Shown piece after piece: positions 1-12,064 of a stretch of DNA of 64,000 nt. Made by a program: the position numbers and the translations under genes. The notes under the pieces are model-generated. The model had not been told where the DNA came from, did not search any database, and saw only the letters and a program-made list of their open reading frames with translations. Numbering within the stretch: position 1 is the stretch's first letter; every line of letters starts with the position of its first letter. The DNA comes from Octopus sinensis (taxonomy: Eukaryota): the NCBI RefSeq assembly GCF_006345805.1, contig NC_042998.1, positions 187,612,001 through 187,676,000 on the forward strand, given 5' to 3'.

Positions 1-150
1 GGCCAGATCTGGTCTCTCACACTAACCCTACAATATCGTTTTAAAAATTAACAGCTACCTCATCAAAATCTCAAAGCTACAAGATAATGCATGATTAGTT
101 CAAAACAAAGTGGATGAAAAAGCATTAATTTTCGTAGAATAATGCAAACA
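1..150. mobile_element. Partial copy of the TTAA-flanked MITE seen at 15324-15544
   Basis: Colinear high-identity match to 15387-15535; right TIR absent. Confidence 0.7.
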
Positions 151-661
151 CATCTTTCAAGCGCAGTCTCATGTCATCTACCTTACTTCCATTAACATTT
201 GCCCATGGTATTATAGACAAGAGACACCACTGCTGATATAAAGTGGGCAACATTGAAATGTTGATTCAAAATCATCAGAAACTTGAGATCAATCTGATAC
301 TATGCTGACAACATCGAAACTTGTCATTAACAATAATAAAAGTTATCTCACTTACATGGCATAATAACTAAAGGGTTACTAACCTATCACACTGAAATCA
401 TTGCCAAGACACTTGACTTCAAAAAATTGTAACATCAGTTCCAAAAAAGAATGGTGTGCATAAAGTAAAGCTTAATTATAAACAGAAAGAACACTGTTTA
501 ATTCAGCAGCAGTCTTATTAATTAGAAATTTAGAGAGGAACAGATATATTACATTAATTTTCAATAGCACCCCAACATAAGAATAACTAATTTGCTAGGA
601 TGTTTTTGAAGTTTATTTTACTTTCAATAAGATTTTCTTTTCTTTCAATCAAACATTGTCT

Positions 662-913
662 CCCAGCCCCCGTGCCGGTGGCACGTAAAAAGCACCATCC
701 GATCGTGGCCGTTTGCCAGCCTCGTCTGGCACGTAAAAAGCACCCACTACACTCACGGAGTGGTTGGCATTAGGAAGGGCATCCAGCCGTAGAAACATTG
801 CCAGATCAGACTGGGCCTGGTGCAGCCTTCTGGCTTCCCAGACCCCAGTTGAACCGTCCAACCCATGCTAGCATGGAAAGCGGATGCTAAACGAATATGA
901 CGATGATGATGAT
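662..913 (+). mobile_element. RTE-clade LINE 3' end (5'-truncated)
   Basis: Matches the 3' UTR of the 17501-18112 copy; ends CCATGCTAGCATGG...(GAT)n. Confidence 0.85.
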
Positions 914-1154
914 GGGTTCTCATTTCAATCAGTTAAATAACTGGGCACTAAATTGTTCCGCTTATTATTATTTGATATTCCTATTAAATGAATATGACCT
1001 GAACACCAGATGCTTGTCTAGAATCTCCATAAGGATTATTAACCCTTTAACTATGAAATTAAATTCCATGGTTATTCTAGTAATGATGTTAAATATCTGC
1101 CAAAAATAGAATTGGTCTTTTCTGCAAGTCACATTGCCTCAACAAGCATGACAT

Positions 1155-1587
1155 ATCATCATCATCATCATCGTTTAACGTCCGCTTTCCATGCTAGCAT
1201 GGGTTGGACAGTTCAACTGGGGTCTGGCAAGCCCGAAGGCTGCACCAGGCCAGTCAGGTCTGGCAGTGCTTCTACAGCTGGATGCCCTTCCTAACGCCAA
1301 CCACTCCGAGAGTGTAGTGGGTGATTTTATGTGCCACCGACACAGGTGCCAGACGAGGCTGGCAGACGGCCACGCTCGGATGGTGTTTTTTATGTGCCAC
1401 CGACACAGGTGCCAGACGAGGCTGGCTGACGGCCACGCTCGGATGGTGTTTTCTTATGTGTCACCGACACAGGTGCCAGACGAGGCTGGCGGACGGCCAC
1501 GCTCGGATGGTGTTTGTTACGTGCCCTCAGCACGGAGGCCAGTCGTTGCGGTACTGGCTACGGTCACGTTCGGATGGTTTTCTTATC
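1155..1587 (-). mobile_element. RTE LINE 3' end with about four ~60 bp internal tandem units
   Basis: (ATC)n tail at left, same family; repeated ~60 bp unit at ~1320-1560. Confidence 0.85.
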
Positions 1588-2315
1588 ACAACAAAAAATA
1601 GCTTCAAACATGACATTCCACAACAAAAAGATAGATTCGTATATAAAACTGCTTTCTAGTCTTCTCTGTTCTATTTGGCTGCCACTTTTCAATTTCTCCA
1701 ATTTTGTTCCAATTGATTTCAGATTTGCTGTATGGATATAGTTCTGTATGCTAATTATTGACATGAAATTCATTTTCGCTACAAATCAATAAATAAACAG
1801 TTAATAGCTTTTAAAGTTTGCAAATTTGGGGTAATTTTAGCTAATCAAGAGCTAGACATATAGGTGCCTGTTTCCATAGTAACAAGCTAAACATTGGAAC
1901 TCTTGTTTATGAAAAACTATGAGTATTTATAAACTGATATTCTATACTGTGTTATCCTGCTTGTATCCATCTGTTGCAGTTTTTGGATATTTTATGTTGC
2001 ATTTTCAATACCCATCTCTTGAATGCTTAAAACAACAAAATATGTGCGGCTTACTAATTTTTTTGGTCACTTTTTGCTCATTAAATCCTTAAAATATGTG
2101 CTATTGTCACAATGTTAACATTATTGTTTTGTCGTCTTACAACTGCATCACACACAAAATGACAGCTTCCAAATCCTATTTTCTGACTGAGTAAAAATCA
2201 TCAAACTTTAAACCTCTGCAACTTTTTTTTTTAATTTTCTGGAATAAGTGAATTAAACCCAGAGATTCTGCATGAAAAATTACATCAATACACCAACTAT
2301 TAAAGATGTTGTATG

Positions 2316-2570
2316 GGCTCCCGTACTGGTGGCACACAATAAGCCCCATTCATGCGTGGATCATTGCCAGTGCTGCCTGACTGGCTCACGTGCTGGTGGC
2401 ACATAAAAAGCACCCACTACACTCTTGGAGTGGTTGGTGTTAGGAAGGGCGTCCGGCTGTAGAAACATTACCAGATAAGATTGGAGCCTGGTACAGCCTC
2501 CTGGCTTGCCAGCCCCCAGTCAAACCATCCAACTCCTGCCAGCATGGAAAACGGATATTAAACAACGACG
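2316..2570 (+). mobile_element. RTE LINE 3' end, diverged
   Basis: Family core AAAGCACCCACTACACTC...GGAAGGGC...GCATGGAAA. Confidence 0.8.
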
Positions 2571-2924
2571 CCAATAGCGATCTTTCACATGGGAGTTTTT
2601 AAAAATTCAAATAACTATATCATATCAGCAAGCAAGAGAGTACACAAATCAAAATAATCCGTGCAAAATACTTCCAACAATGAATCTTTATTTTGGCAGA
2701 CATTAAAGATGTTTATAATAAAAATAAACCATATTGTATGATTCCTATAATAGTTCATATTTTTATTGAAACAAAATGGAATTTTGTTGTGCACAGTCAG
2801 AAATTAACATTGCATATGTCATGTTTTCAGGTAACAGTCATAACTCACTAATACACAAGTTAGCTGATAGTATCTGCTCCAAACTCTACCAAATTTACTA
2901 TTATTATGATAATTTTTATTTGTT

Positions 2925-3260
2925 TTAGTCATTGGACTGAGGCCATACTGGAGCACTGCTTTGAAAGATTTAGTTGAACAAATCAATTCTAGTACAACTT
3001 ATTCAATGGGTCCCTTTTGCCAAAACCTCTGAGTTATGCAGATGTAAAAAAACCAATAGTTGTTGCCAAATAGTAGGGGGACAAAAACAAGTGCACACGC
3101 ATACACACACACACACAGAGATACAATAAGCTTCCACACAGTTTCCATCTACCAAATTTAAATTTGCATTGGCACTGCTTGGGCAGTGATGACACTTTAT
3201 CTCTGACAATTATCAGTTTGACATTTGGGATCCACTGGAATAAAGTACCATATTTGAAAA
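2925..3260 (-). mobile_element. Old, fragmented tRNA-SINE copy (family A)
   Basis: Degenerate match to family A (GGCCATACTGGAGCACTGC; CAGTTTCCATCTACCAAAT). Confidence 0.55.
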
Positions 3261-3442
3261 CAAGTACAGGTTGGTGTCAGGAAGAGCATCCAGCCAAACA
3301 ATACAACTTCTAAAAGTCTCTTCCAACTGACTTTTTCAAGTCAAAGAAATAGGCATAAATGATGATGAAGAGGGGGAGGAGGATTTAACCTGTAATTAAC
3401 ATTCTTTGTTATTTGTCATAAGTTAATTTTTTTTTTTTGATA

Positions 3443-3655
3443 ATCATCACCATCTTTTAATGCCTGTTTTCCATGCTGGCATGGGTCGGACAGTTTGACA
3501 AGATCCAGCAAACTGCAGGGTTTTGCCAGGCTCCAGGGTCATCATTGATATGGTTTCTACAGCTGTGATACCCTTTTAAAGTGTGTACTGGGTGCTTTTT
3601 TCATGCCACTAGCACTAGTGAAGTTGCCAAGCAACTTGCAAGACAGCAAAAGAAC
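3443..3655 (-). mobile_element. Older RTE-tail-related retroelement 3' end
   Basis: CCATGCTGGCATGG near the tail; a similar diverged copy at ~59455-59720. Confidence 0.55.
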
Positions 3656-3916
3656 AAGGAAAAAAGGAAAGAAAAAACAACCCTTGACGAGGTGGGGAGA
3701 GTACTTTTGATGGGGAAGTGGCTTTATGTTAAATGTTGAAAGACTAAAAAATGAAAATAGACTAGCACTTTCTACAGAGGTGATACTGGCTACCCCACAT
3801 TACGTAAGGATGGATGGGAGTAAGTGTAAAATTTAATGAAAAAAAAAGAACAACAATTTAAGAAAATTTAGTAATATTTTTTTTAATATAATATATAATG
3901 ATATAATAAAATATTT

Positions 3917-3922
3917 TATTTA
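3917..3922 (-). terminator. Probable GTPBP3 polyadenylation signal (AATAAA)
   Basis: AATAAA on the minus strand ~145 nt after the stop codon, followed by T-rich sequence. Confidence 0.5.
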
Positions 3923-4064
3923 ATATTTTATAAAACAATTTATATAAAATTGTGCTCATCATCACATCAGGATTCATGATATTGTATATACAGAAATATT
4001 TTTCACATGTCAAGTTATGTCAATTGTTCAAAAATCATTATCCTCTGCTCACCAAAAATAAACT

Positions 4065-4296
4065 TCACTTTCCAATACAGAAATCTTTAAAAATGACATC
4101 AAGAATATCTTCTGATGAAATTTCACCAAGGATTTTCCCAAACTGCCTCACTGATTTCCTTAAATATTCTGCCATTAATACAACATCTCTGTCCAACCAC
4201 AAAAGACTCGTTTCCAAATGTGTTAAGCTCTTCGTTAGATGAGAATGATGACGTTCCTTAGTAAAACTCACATTTCCGGTCTCTGGATCTCCATAC
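4065..4296 (-). CDS. GTPBP3: GTPBP3 exon 8, last (…[15 protein letters not shown])
   Basis: Acceptor TTTACAG|; invariant FCIGK terminus, then TGA at 4067-4065. Confidence 0.96.
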
Positions 4297-6739
4297 CTGT
4301 AAAGTATGAAATGAAGTCTTCGTTTAAATGAAAAATAATTTTGAGGCATAATACAATTTATAACATTACAAGTAATCAGAAATGTTTTAGGGAGTATAAA
4401 GGTGGCAAGCTGGCAGAAACGTTAGCACGCTGGGCGAAATGTTTAGCAGTATTTCGTCTACCATTAGGTTCTGAGTTCAAATTCCGCCGAAGTCGACTTT
4501 GCCTTTCATCTTTACGGGGTCGATAAATTAAGTACCAGTTATGCACTGGGGCGATGTAATTGACTTAATCCCTTTGTCTGTCCTTGTTTGTCCCCTCTAT
4601 GTTTAGCCCCTTGTGGGCAATAAAGAAATAAGACATATTTTAGGGAGTAAGAGCTGGCAGAAACGTTAGCACGCCGGGCGAAATGTTTAGCAGTATTTCA
4701 TCTGCAGTTACGTTCTGAGTTCAAATCCCACCGATGCCGACTGCCTTTCATCTTTACGGGGTCGATAAATTAAGTACCAGTTATGCACTGGGGTCGATGC
4801 AATCAACTGAATCCCTTTGTCTGTCCTTGTTTGTCCCCTCTATGTTTAGCCCCATGTGGGCAATAAAGAAATAAGAAATATTTTAGGGAGAAAATATTTT
4901 CCTTTAAGTTACTTTATACTGTTACACTTAACATGTTTTTATTGTTTAATCAGAAGGAAGTGCAATCCCATAATTCTTTACAGAACCTCCAAGATAGACA
5001 GACAGGGAGAGAGGGAGGGGGAGGGAGGGGGAATGAAGAAGGATGGGAGGGAGGGAGGGAGCAGGGGAGGGAGGAGGGAAGGGAGGAAGGAAGGAAGGAA
5101 GGAGGGAAGGAAGGGAGGGAAGGAGCAAGGAAGGGAGGGATGGAGAGAGGGAAGGGAGGGAAGAAGGAGGGAAGGAAGGAAGGAAGGAAGGAAGGGAGGA
5201 AGGAAGGTAGGAAGGGAGGAAGGGAGGAAGGAAGGTAGGAAGGAAGAAAGGAAGGAAGGAAAGAAAGAAGGAAGGGCAAGAGGAAGGAGGGAAGGAAGGA
5301 AGGGAGGAAGGAGGAATGAAGGAGGGGAAGGAGGAAGGCAGGAAGGAAGGAAGATATGCTTGCCTACATGCTGGTGGTAGAATGGACTCTATTAACCGTT
5401 TTGATACCAACCTGCCTGAAACTGTCCTTAGTTCTAGGATGTATATTCCCTATTTTAAAGTGATCTAAATTAAAACTTCCATCAAAATTTCACATAAATT
5501 TAAGCCCCAAACACCAACTTAATACTGACGAAGTTAGTTTACCTAGTTCTAATTATTTTCAAAATTCATTTTAACAAAGCAGTATATTCCAACGGAAATA
5601 TGGTAACAGAAGGGTTACAGAAAACCAAAGTGCCAGGCAATGAATTAAGAATACCACCTATGTAAGGAACAGCAGGGATTTGAACTCAAAACGCAAAGAA
5701 CTGGAACAACTAACACAAGGCATCCCAACTAATGCTCTAACTATTCTCCTAGCTCACTACCCTAGACTGGCATTCTATTTTATCAACCTCACAAGGATGA
5801 ACTGTAAAGTTGATCTGAGTGAAATTTTAACTCAGAACATAAGTAGATAAATAACTACCATTGGGCATTTCCTCTGCTGATTTGCCACCAATACATATCC
5901 CTGCCAACTAGTTTCATGCTAAAAAATGGAGGGACATATTTAGCAATCATCAGACATGACCAACTGGAAAAGTATAAGTACTTGTTTTCTTAATGACTTA
6001 GGAAAAACTGAACTGGACAAATATATAAATACAATGAAATATGTGACAATTAAACGACCTAGGTCTCAGCTCTAATGTTAATCACATTAAACTCACACCG
6101 TTGCTTGAAAACACAGGCTGTCTGTATCCAATAATAATAAAAGAAAAGAACAAAGGCATAACTTGGTAGTCCTTTATTCCAATTGTTACATATGTTTCAG
6201 TATTTGGCAACATATGCAATCAGTACATGCAGCTAATAGGGCAAGCATGGAACAAACTCATTGTCAGACAGTCAATAAATAAATATATATATACTCTTTT
6301 ACTTGTCCCAGTCATTTGACTGTGGCCATGATAGAGCACTGCCTTTAGTCGAGCTAATCGACCCCAGGACTTATTCTTTGTAAGCCTAGTACTTATTCTA
6401 TCAGTTTCTTTTGCCAAACTGCTAAGTTACGGTGACATAAACACACCAGCATCAGTTACCAAGTGATGTTGGGAGGACAAACACAGACACACAAACATAT
6501 ATACACACACACACATACACATATATATATACATATATACGACGGGCTTCTTTCAGTTTCCGTATACCAAATCCACTCACAAGGCTTTGGTCGACCCAAG
6601 GCTATAGTTGAAGACACCTGCCCAAGGAGCCACGCAGTGGGACTGAACCCGGAACCATGTGGTTCGTAAACAAGCTACTTACCACACAGCCATTCCTACG
6701 CCTATATATATATATATATAGGCATATATATATATATAC

Positions 6740-6812
<73 letters not shown>

Positions 6813-9800
6813 TAATCACCTTAATAAAGGTGAAGGGACAAATGACCATATGTTATGAGATGAGTTCAAATTTTAGTATAGCTATTACTATACTGTGATT
6901 CAATGGAAAGCATGTTACTCTGATTAACTGAGGCAAACAAGTTCCAGTTCCACTTCATGGTAGGTCGGAGGAAATCATGCAACTGTAAAAATACTTAAAA
7001 ACAATATGTAAAAAACAATTTGCATCTATTAACCACTCCTAGCAAAGTCGACATCAATAAATAGATGAAAGGTAAATATGTGTGAATGTGTGAATTTACG
7101 CATGCACACAAACACACACATATGCACGCACACATACACACAAATACACATTTATAGATATATGTCCAAAAATTAAACTAATTACCTTTCTTTTACTTTT
7201 TGCAACAGTATATTCAGAAATTGTTGAAGGCCATCTTTATTTAAACATGACAAGAAACAGTGTGTTGGTTCCGTGTGTGAAAGGTGACTATTGTGCCACC
7301 GACTCAACACACATTTGTCAACTAAGTCGCTTTTGTTAAACACAACAACAACATTATTAATGTCTATTTTATGCTCAGTGTCTTCGGGTGAAATATTGCT
7401 GTCAGTTGACATTAATCTGCTAGCTGTGCATTTTGAGAAATCTAGCATCACTTGTAAATATTCTTGGATATAATCCTTAAAAGGGATTTGAGGCTGTTGT
7501 AATAATATCTGGCAATGTTTTGAAGCATCCATCATCAACACAATTACATTGGCCTGAAGACATCTGCAAATATTGAAACAGAATTTGTAGAATCTCTTTA
7601 ATTTTCAACAAAAAACAAAAAGGAAAAATACAAACAAATATAAAAACTAACATTTTTGAAAGAAAAATAGTAAAAATAATTCTGTTGTGTCTGGGAGAGT
7701 CATTTCTTTTTGTGCCTTATAATGTAACACACTCATCGGTAATATTTCCACTTTTTTCTTATTTTTATTTTACAAAATTTTCGTTGCATCTTAACTAGTG
7801 AAAAGGTTGCAAGATGCAACAAAAATTTTAGGAAAATAAAAATAAGAAAAAAGTGGAAATTTTACCGATGAGTGTGTTACATTATAAGGCACAAAAAGAA
7901 AATGACTCTCCCCAGACACAACAGAATATGCTTCAACACACGAATTCATATAAAGAATCTTGCAAACCAAATCCAAAAACGAAATAGTAAAAATAACATA
8001 CATCAATAAAGCACACAAATGAATTAAAGAACATGTTTTTGGAAGAAATAGTGTTTTGAAAACATGAAATAAACAAAACATTGAGTTAAAGTTCAGCAAG
8101 AGATGGAAATAAATTTTTTTATGGAAATGGGAATAAATTTTTTTAATGTTATATCTTGAGAAGAGAAAGCGAAAAAGAAAAAGAAGAGAAGGGAAGAAGG
8201 GGAGGGGTGGGGGAGAAGAAGAGAAGGAGGAGGGGGAGACAATAACGACAGCACTAATGATTTTCTTAAATGTTGGAGACATTTTCTTAGTGTTGTTTCT
8301 CAGAGAACAATGTAACTGTGAAGGTACAAATTCTTGAACTGTACCATTTAACTGGCAGCAGACTAGATAAGAGAATAAAGGAAGAATGAAACTAACTGAA
8401 ATTGTTGTGTACTTTGAAATAAAGACAAGCAAATCAAGCAACAAGTAAATAAAAAAAACATACCCAAACTAAGCTAAACTAAGGGACATACAAAGGTTTC
8501 AATGACCTAAATATCTGTAGTATATTTGCAGCACCTCCAATAATTTAAGCGTTTTGGTCTACTTAAGAAGAATGGCATGAAAGTTACTCTAAAAAGAGAA
8601 ATTTCAATAGGATCATTACAAAAGTAAATTTTGGAGACAATGCTTAATTGTGAATGAAGGTAAGGTAAGAATGGCCAAATTCTTATCTCAGGAGGATTAA
8701 TGCCACTTATTTAAAAAGATTCGAGCAAGGTCGTTGCCTAAAAAGATTCGAGCGAGGTCGTTGCCAGTACCGCCTGACTAGCCCCCGTGTCGGTGGTACG
8801 TAAAAAGCACCCACTACACTCTCGGAGTGGTTGGCGTTAGGAAAGACATCCAGCTGTAGAAACTCTGCCAGATCAAGATTAGAGCCTGGTGCAGCCATCT
8901 GGTTTACCAGACCTCAGTCAAAATCGTCCAACCCATGCTAGGATGGAAAGCGGACATTAAACGACGATGATGATGATGATGATGATTTCATTAATCTTGG
9001 AAAGATAAAAGGGTTAAATTGATCTTAAATCATGAAACCTTAAACAAGGTTGTTGTAAAATATCTGATCTGAGTCTTACCACGAAAGTAAATATAATTTA
9101 TCATCAATATTTTAACATCTACTTAAGGCAGCAAGCTGGCAGTAGCAATAGCATGCTGGGCAGAATGTTTAGCAGCATTTTGTCTGTCTTTATGTGGGTT
9201 CAAATTCTGCTGAGGTCGACTTTACCTTTCATCCTTTCGGGGTTGATAAAATAAGTGCTTGTTGAGCACTGGGACTGATGTATTCAACTAGCCCCACTCC
9301 CAAAAAGTTGCTGGCCTTGTGCCAAAATTTGAAACCAATATTTTAACATCTACTATGTGGTCTATTTCTTTACTACCCATAAGGGGCTAAACACAGAGGG
9401 GACAAACAAGGACAGACAAATGGATTAAGTCGATTATATCAACCCCAGTGCGTTACTGGTACTTATTTAATCGACCCCGAAAGGATGAAAGGCAAAGTCG
9501 ACCTCGGCAGAATTTGAACTCAGAACGTAACGGCAGACGAAATACGGCTACGTATTTCGCCCGATGTGCTAACGTTTCTGCCAGCTCGCCACCTATGTGG
9601 TCATTTATGTGGTCAGATGGAATTTGTAGAGACAGATTTTCTAAGGCTGTATGCCATTCCTGTTGTCAGCTGAATTTCCAAGCCAGGTAATATTTCCCCA
9701 AGACAGAACATGTCACTACAAGAGACTGGAAACGAATGTCACTGCTTGTATGCTGGTGACACTTGTGTGCTCATTTATAATGATCATGCAATATTAAGAC

Positions 9801-12033
9801 AAGGACACACACACATACACATGCACACACACATGCTCACATACAAGAAGTTTGCTTTCAAGGTGCAGGCATACTTCCCAACCCCATGGTTCTGGGTTCT
9901 GGTTCAGTCCACAGCATGGCACCTTGGGTGAGTGCCTTCTACTATAGCCCAGGCCAACCAAAGCTCTGTGTATGAATTTGGTAGATGGAAACTGAAAGAA
10001 GCCTATCATATTGTATATATATATATATATATATCTGTGTGTGTGTGTGTTTGTCCTCCATCACCACTTGACAACTGATGTTGGTTTGTTTATGTCCTCA
10101 TAACTTAGTCATTCAGCAAAAGAGGCTGATAGAATAAGTACTAAGATCAATTTGTTCAACTAAACCCTTCAAAGTGGTGCCCCAGTATGGTCATAGCCCA
10201 ATGAGTGACATAAGTAAAAGATAAATGTATATAAATACACACACACACATGGGCTTCTTTCAGTTTCCATCTAACAAATCTACACACAAGGCTTAGCTTA
10301 GGGTTAAAGTAGAAGACTTGCCCTAAGTGCAACACAGTGAGATTGAACCCAAAACCATCATCATCATCGTTTAACGTCCGCTTTCCATGCTGGCATGGGT
10401 TGGACGGTTCGACCGGGGTCCGGGAAGCCAGGAGGCTGCACCAGGCCCAGTCTGATCTGACAGTGTTTCTACAGCTGGATGCCCTTCCTAACACCAACCA
10501 CTCCATGAGTGTAGTGGGTGCATTTTACTTGCCACCAGCACAGGTGCCAGGCGAGGCTGGCAACGAACATTTTTGGTTGGTGCTTTTTACGTGCCACCAG
10601 CATGGAGGCCAGTCGAGGCGGCGCTGGCAACGGCTACATTCAGATGGTTCTTTTACATGCCACCGGCACTGGCATCACAACAACAATTTCCATTGATTTT
10701 TGATAGATTTCGATTTTACTTGCCTCAACAGGTCTTCGCAAGCAGAGTTTGAGAAATTGGAAGACAGTGATGGCAGTGAGAGCCTGTCACTAGGATAATT
10801 CTTGTTTTTTGATGGTAAACTTCATCTGTCACCCCATTTAACATCACCATCTAATTCTTGGGTGCCTTTAGCCAGGTCCAATCTCTTGTAAGTCTTTTGA
10901 AAATGTCTCTAGTCTGAAGATAATTTCCTTCCTTACACCAGTCACAGAGGTCCTCTGCAAAAGGTCATGGCCAATCACTTTCCTTCTCTGACCAAGCCAT
11001 TCATCATCATCATCATCATCATTGTTTAACGTCCGCTTTCCATGCTAGCGTGGGTTGGACGATTTTGACTGAGGTCTGGCAAATCAGATGGCTGCACCAG
11101 GCTCCAGTCTTGATTTGGCAGAGTTTCTACAGCCAACCACTCCGAGAGTGTAGTGGGTGCTTTTTACATGCCACCGGCACAGGGGCCAGTCAGGCAGTAC
11201 TGGCAATGACCTTGCTCAAATCCTTTTACACATGCCACCAGCACAGGTGCCAGTAAGGCGACGTTGGTAATGATCACGCTCGAATGGTGCCCTTTTACGT
11301 GCCACTGGTACAGAAGCCAGTTGGCTGCTCTGGCAACGATCACGCTCGGATGGTGCTCTTGGCACCCTACTAGCACGGGCACAAGTGCCAGAAAGGCAAC
11401 GCTGGTAACGATCACACTCGAATGGTGCCCTTTAAGTGCCACTGGCACGGAAGCAGGTTAGCCGCTCTGTCCATTAAAAAAGAATATACTATTCTCGATT
11501 ATCCATTGCAGTTGTTAAGAAATAATCTTTTGGACAAACCTTTCAATGGCTCTTTGAACCCCTTCCAGTTCAATGGCATCTGTTGTCTCTCTCATGCCAG
11601 CAGTATCACAGAATAATACAGGATAACCTCCAATGTTATGAAAAGAATCTATTACATCACGAGTGGTGCCTGCTACAGGAGACACAATGGCTGCAGGTCG
11701 TTGACCTGGCAATGTGAAAGAAATGTCAATCAAACAACAAGCATTTACTGGTGAAAGGTACTATATTTTTAGTAGGTCAAATTTATTATACACAGTGGAA
11801 TGACGGGGACTTCAAATTTTGCTTGCAAGCAGCTTGCTGAGCCAGTTTGGTTGAATAAGCTTTTTCTCTTTTTAAAGTACACACACATATATACACACAT
11901 ACACACACACACACACACTCATTCTCTATCTCTCACACATACACTCATTCACTCTCTCTCTCTCTCACACACACTCACTCTCTTTCTCTCACACTCACTC
12001 TCTCTTTCACACTCTCTCTCACACACACACACA

Positions 12034-12064
<31 letters not shown>

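Noticed and set aside
1191-1659. ORFs with repeated [19 protein letters not shown]-type peptides (also 15987-16441, 10337-10703, 17458-18186)
   Set aside because: These are frames through the tandem units of the RTE 3' UTR, not metal-binding proteins.
1600-2220. Several acceptor-like sites and short open frames on the minus strand
   Set aside because: Frames close quickly or lack donors; no coherent gene model.
4856-5410. G/R/E/K- and P/S/F/L-rich ORFs
   Set aside because: Translations of the (GGAA)n tract.
7791-8444. 217 aa minus-strand ORF
   Set aside because: Low-complexity F/L-rich sequence crossing a palindrome arm and a purine tract inside intron 6.
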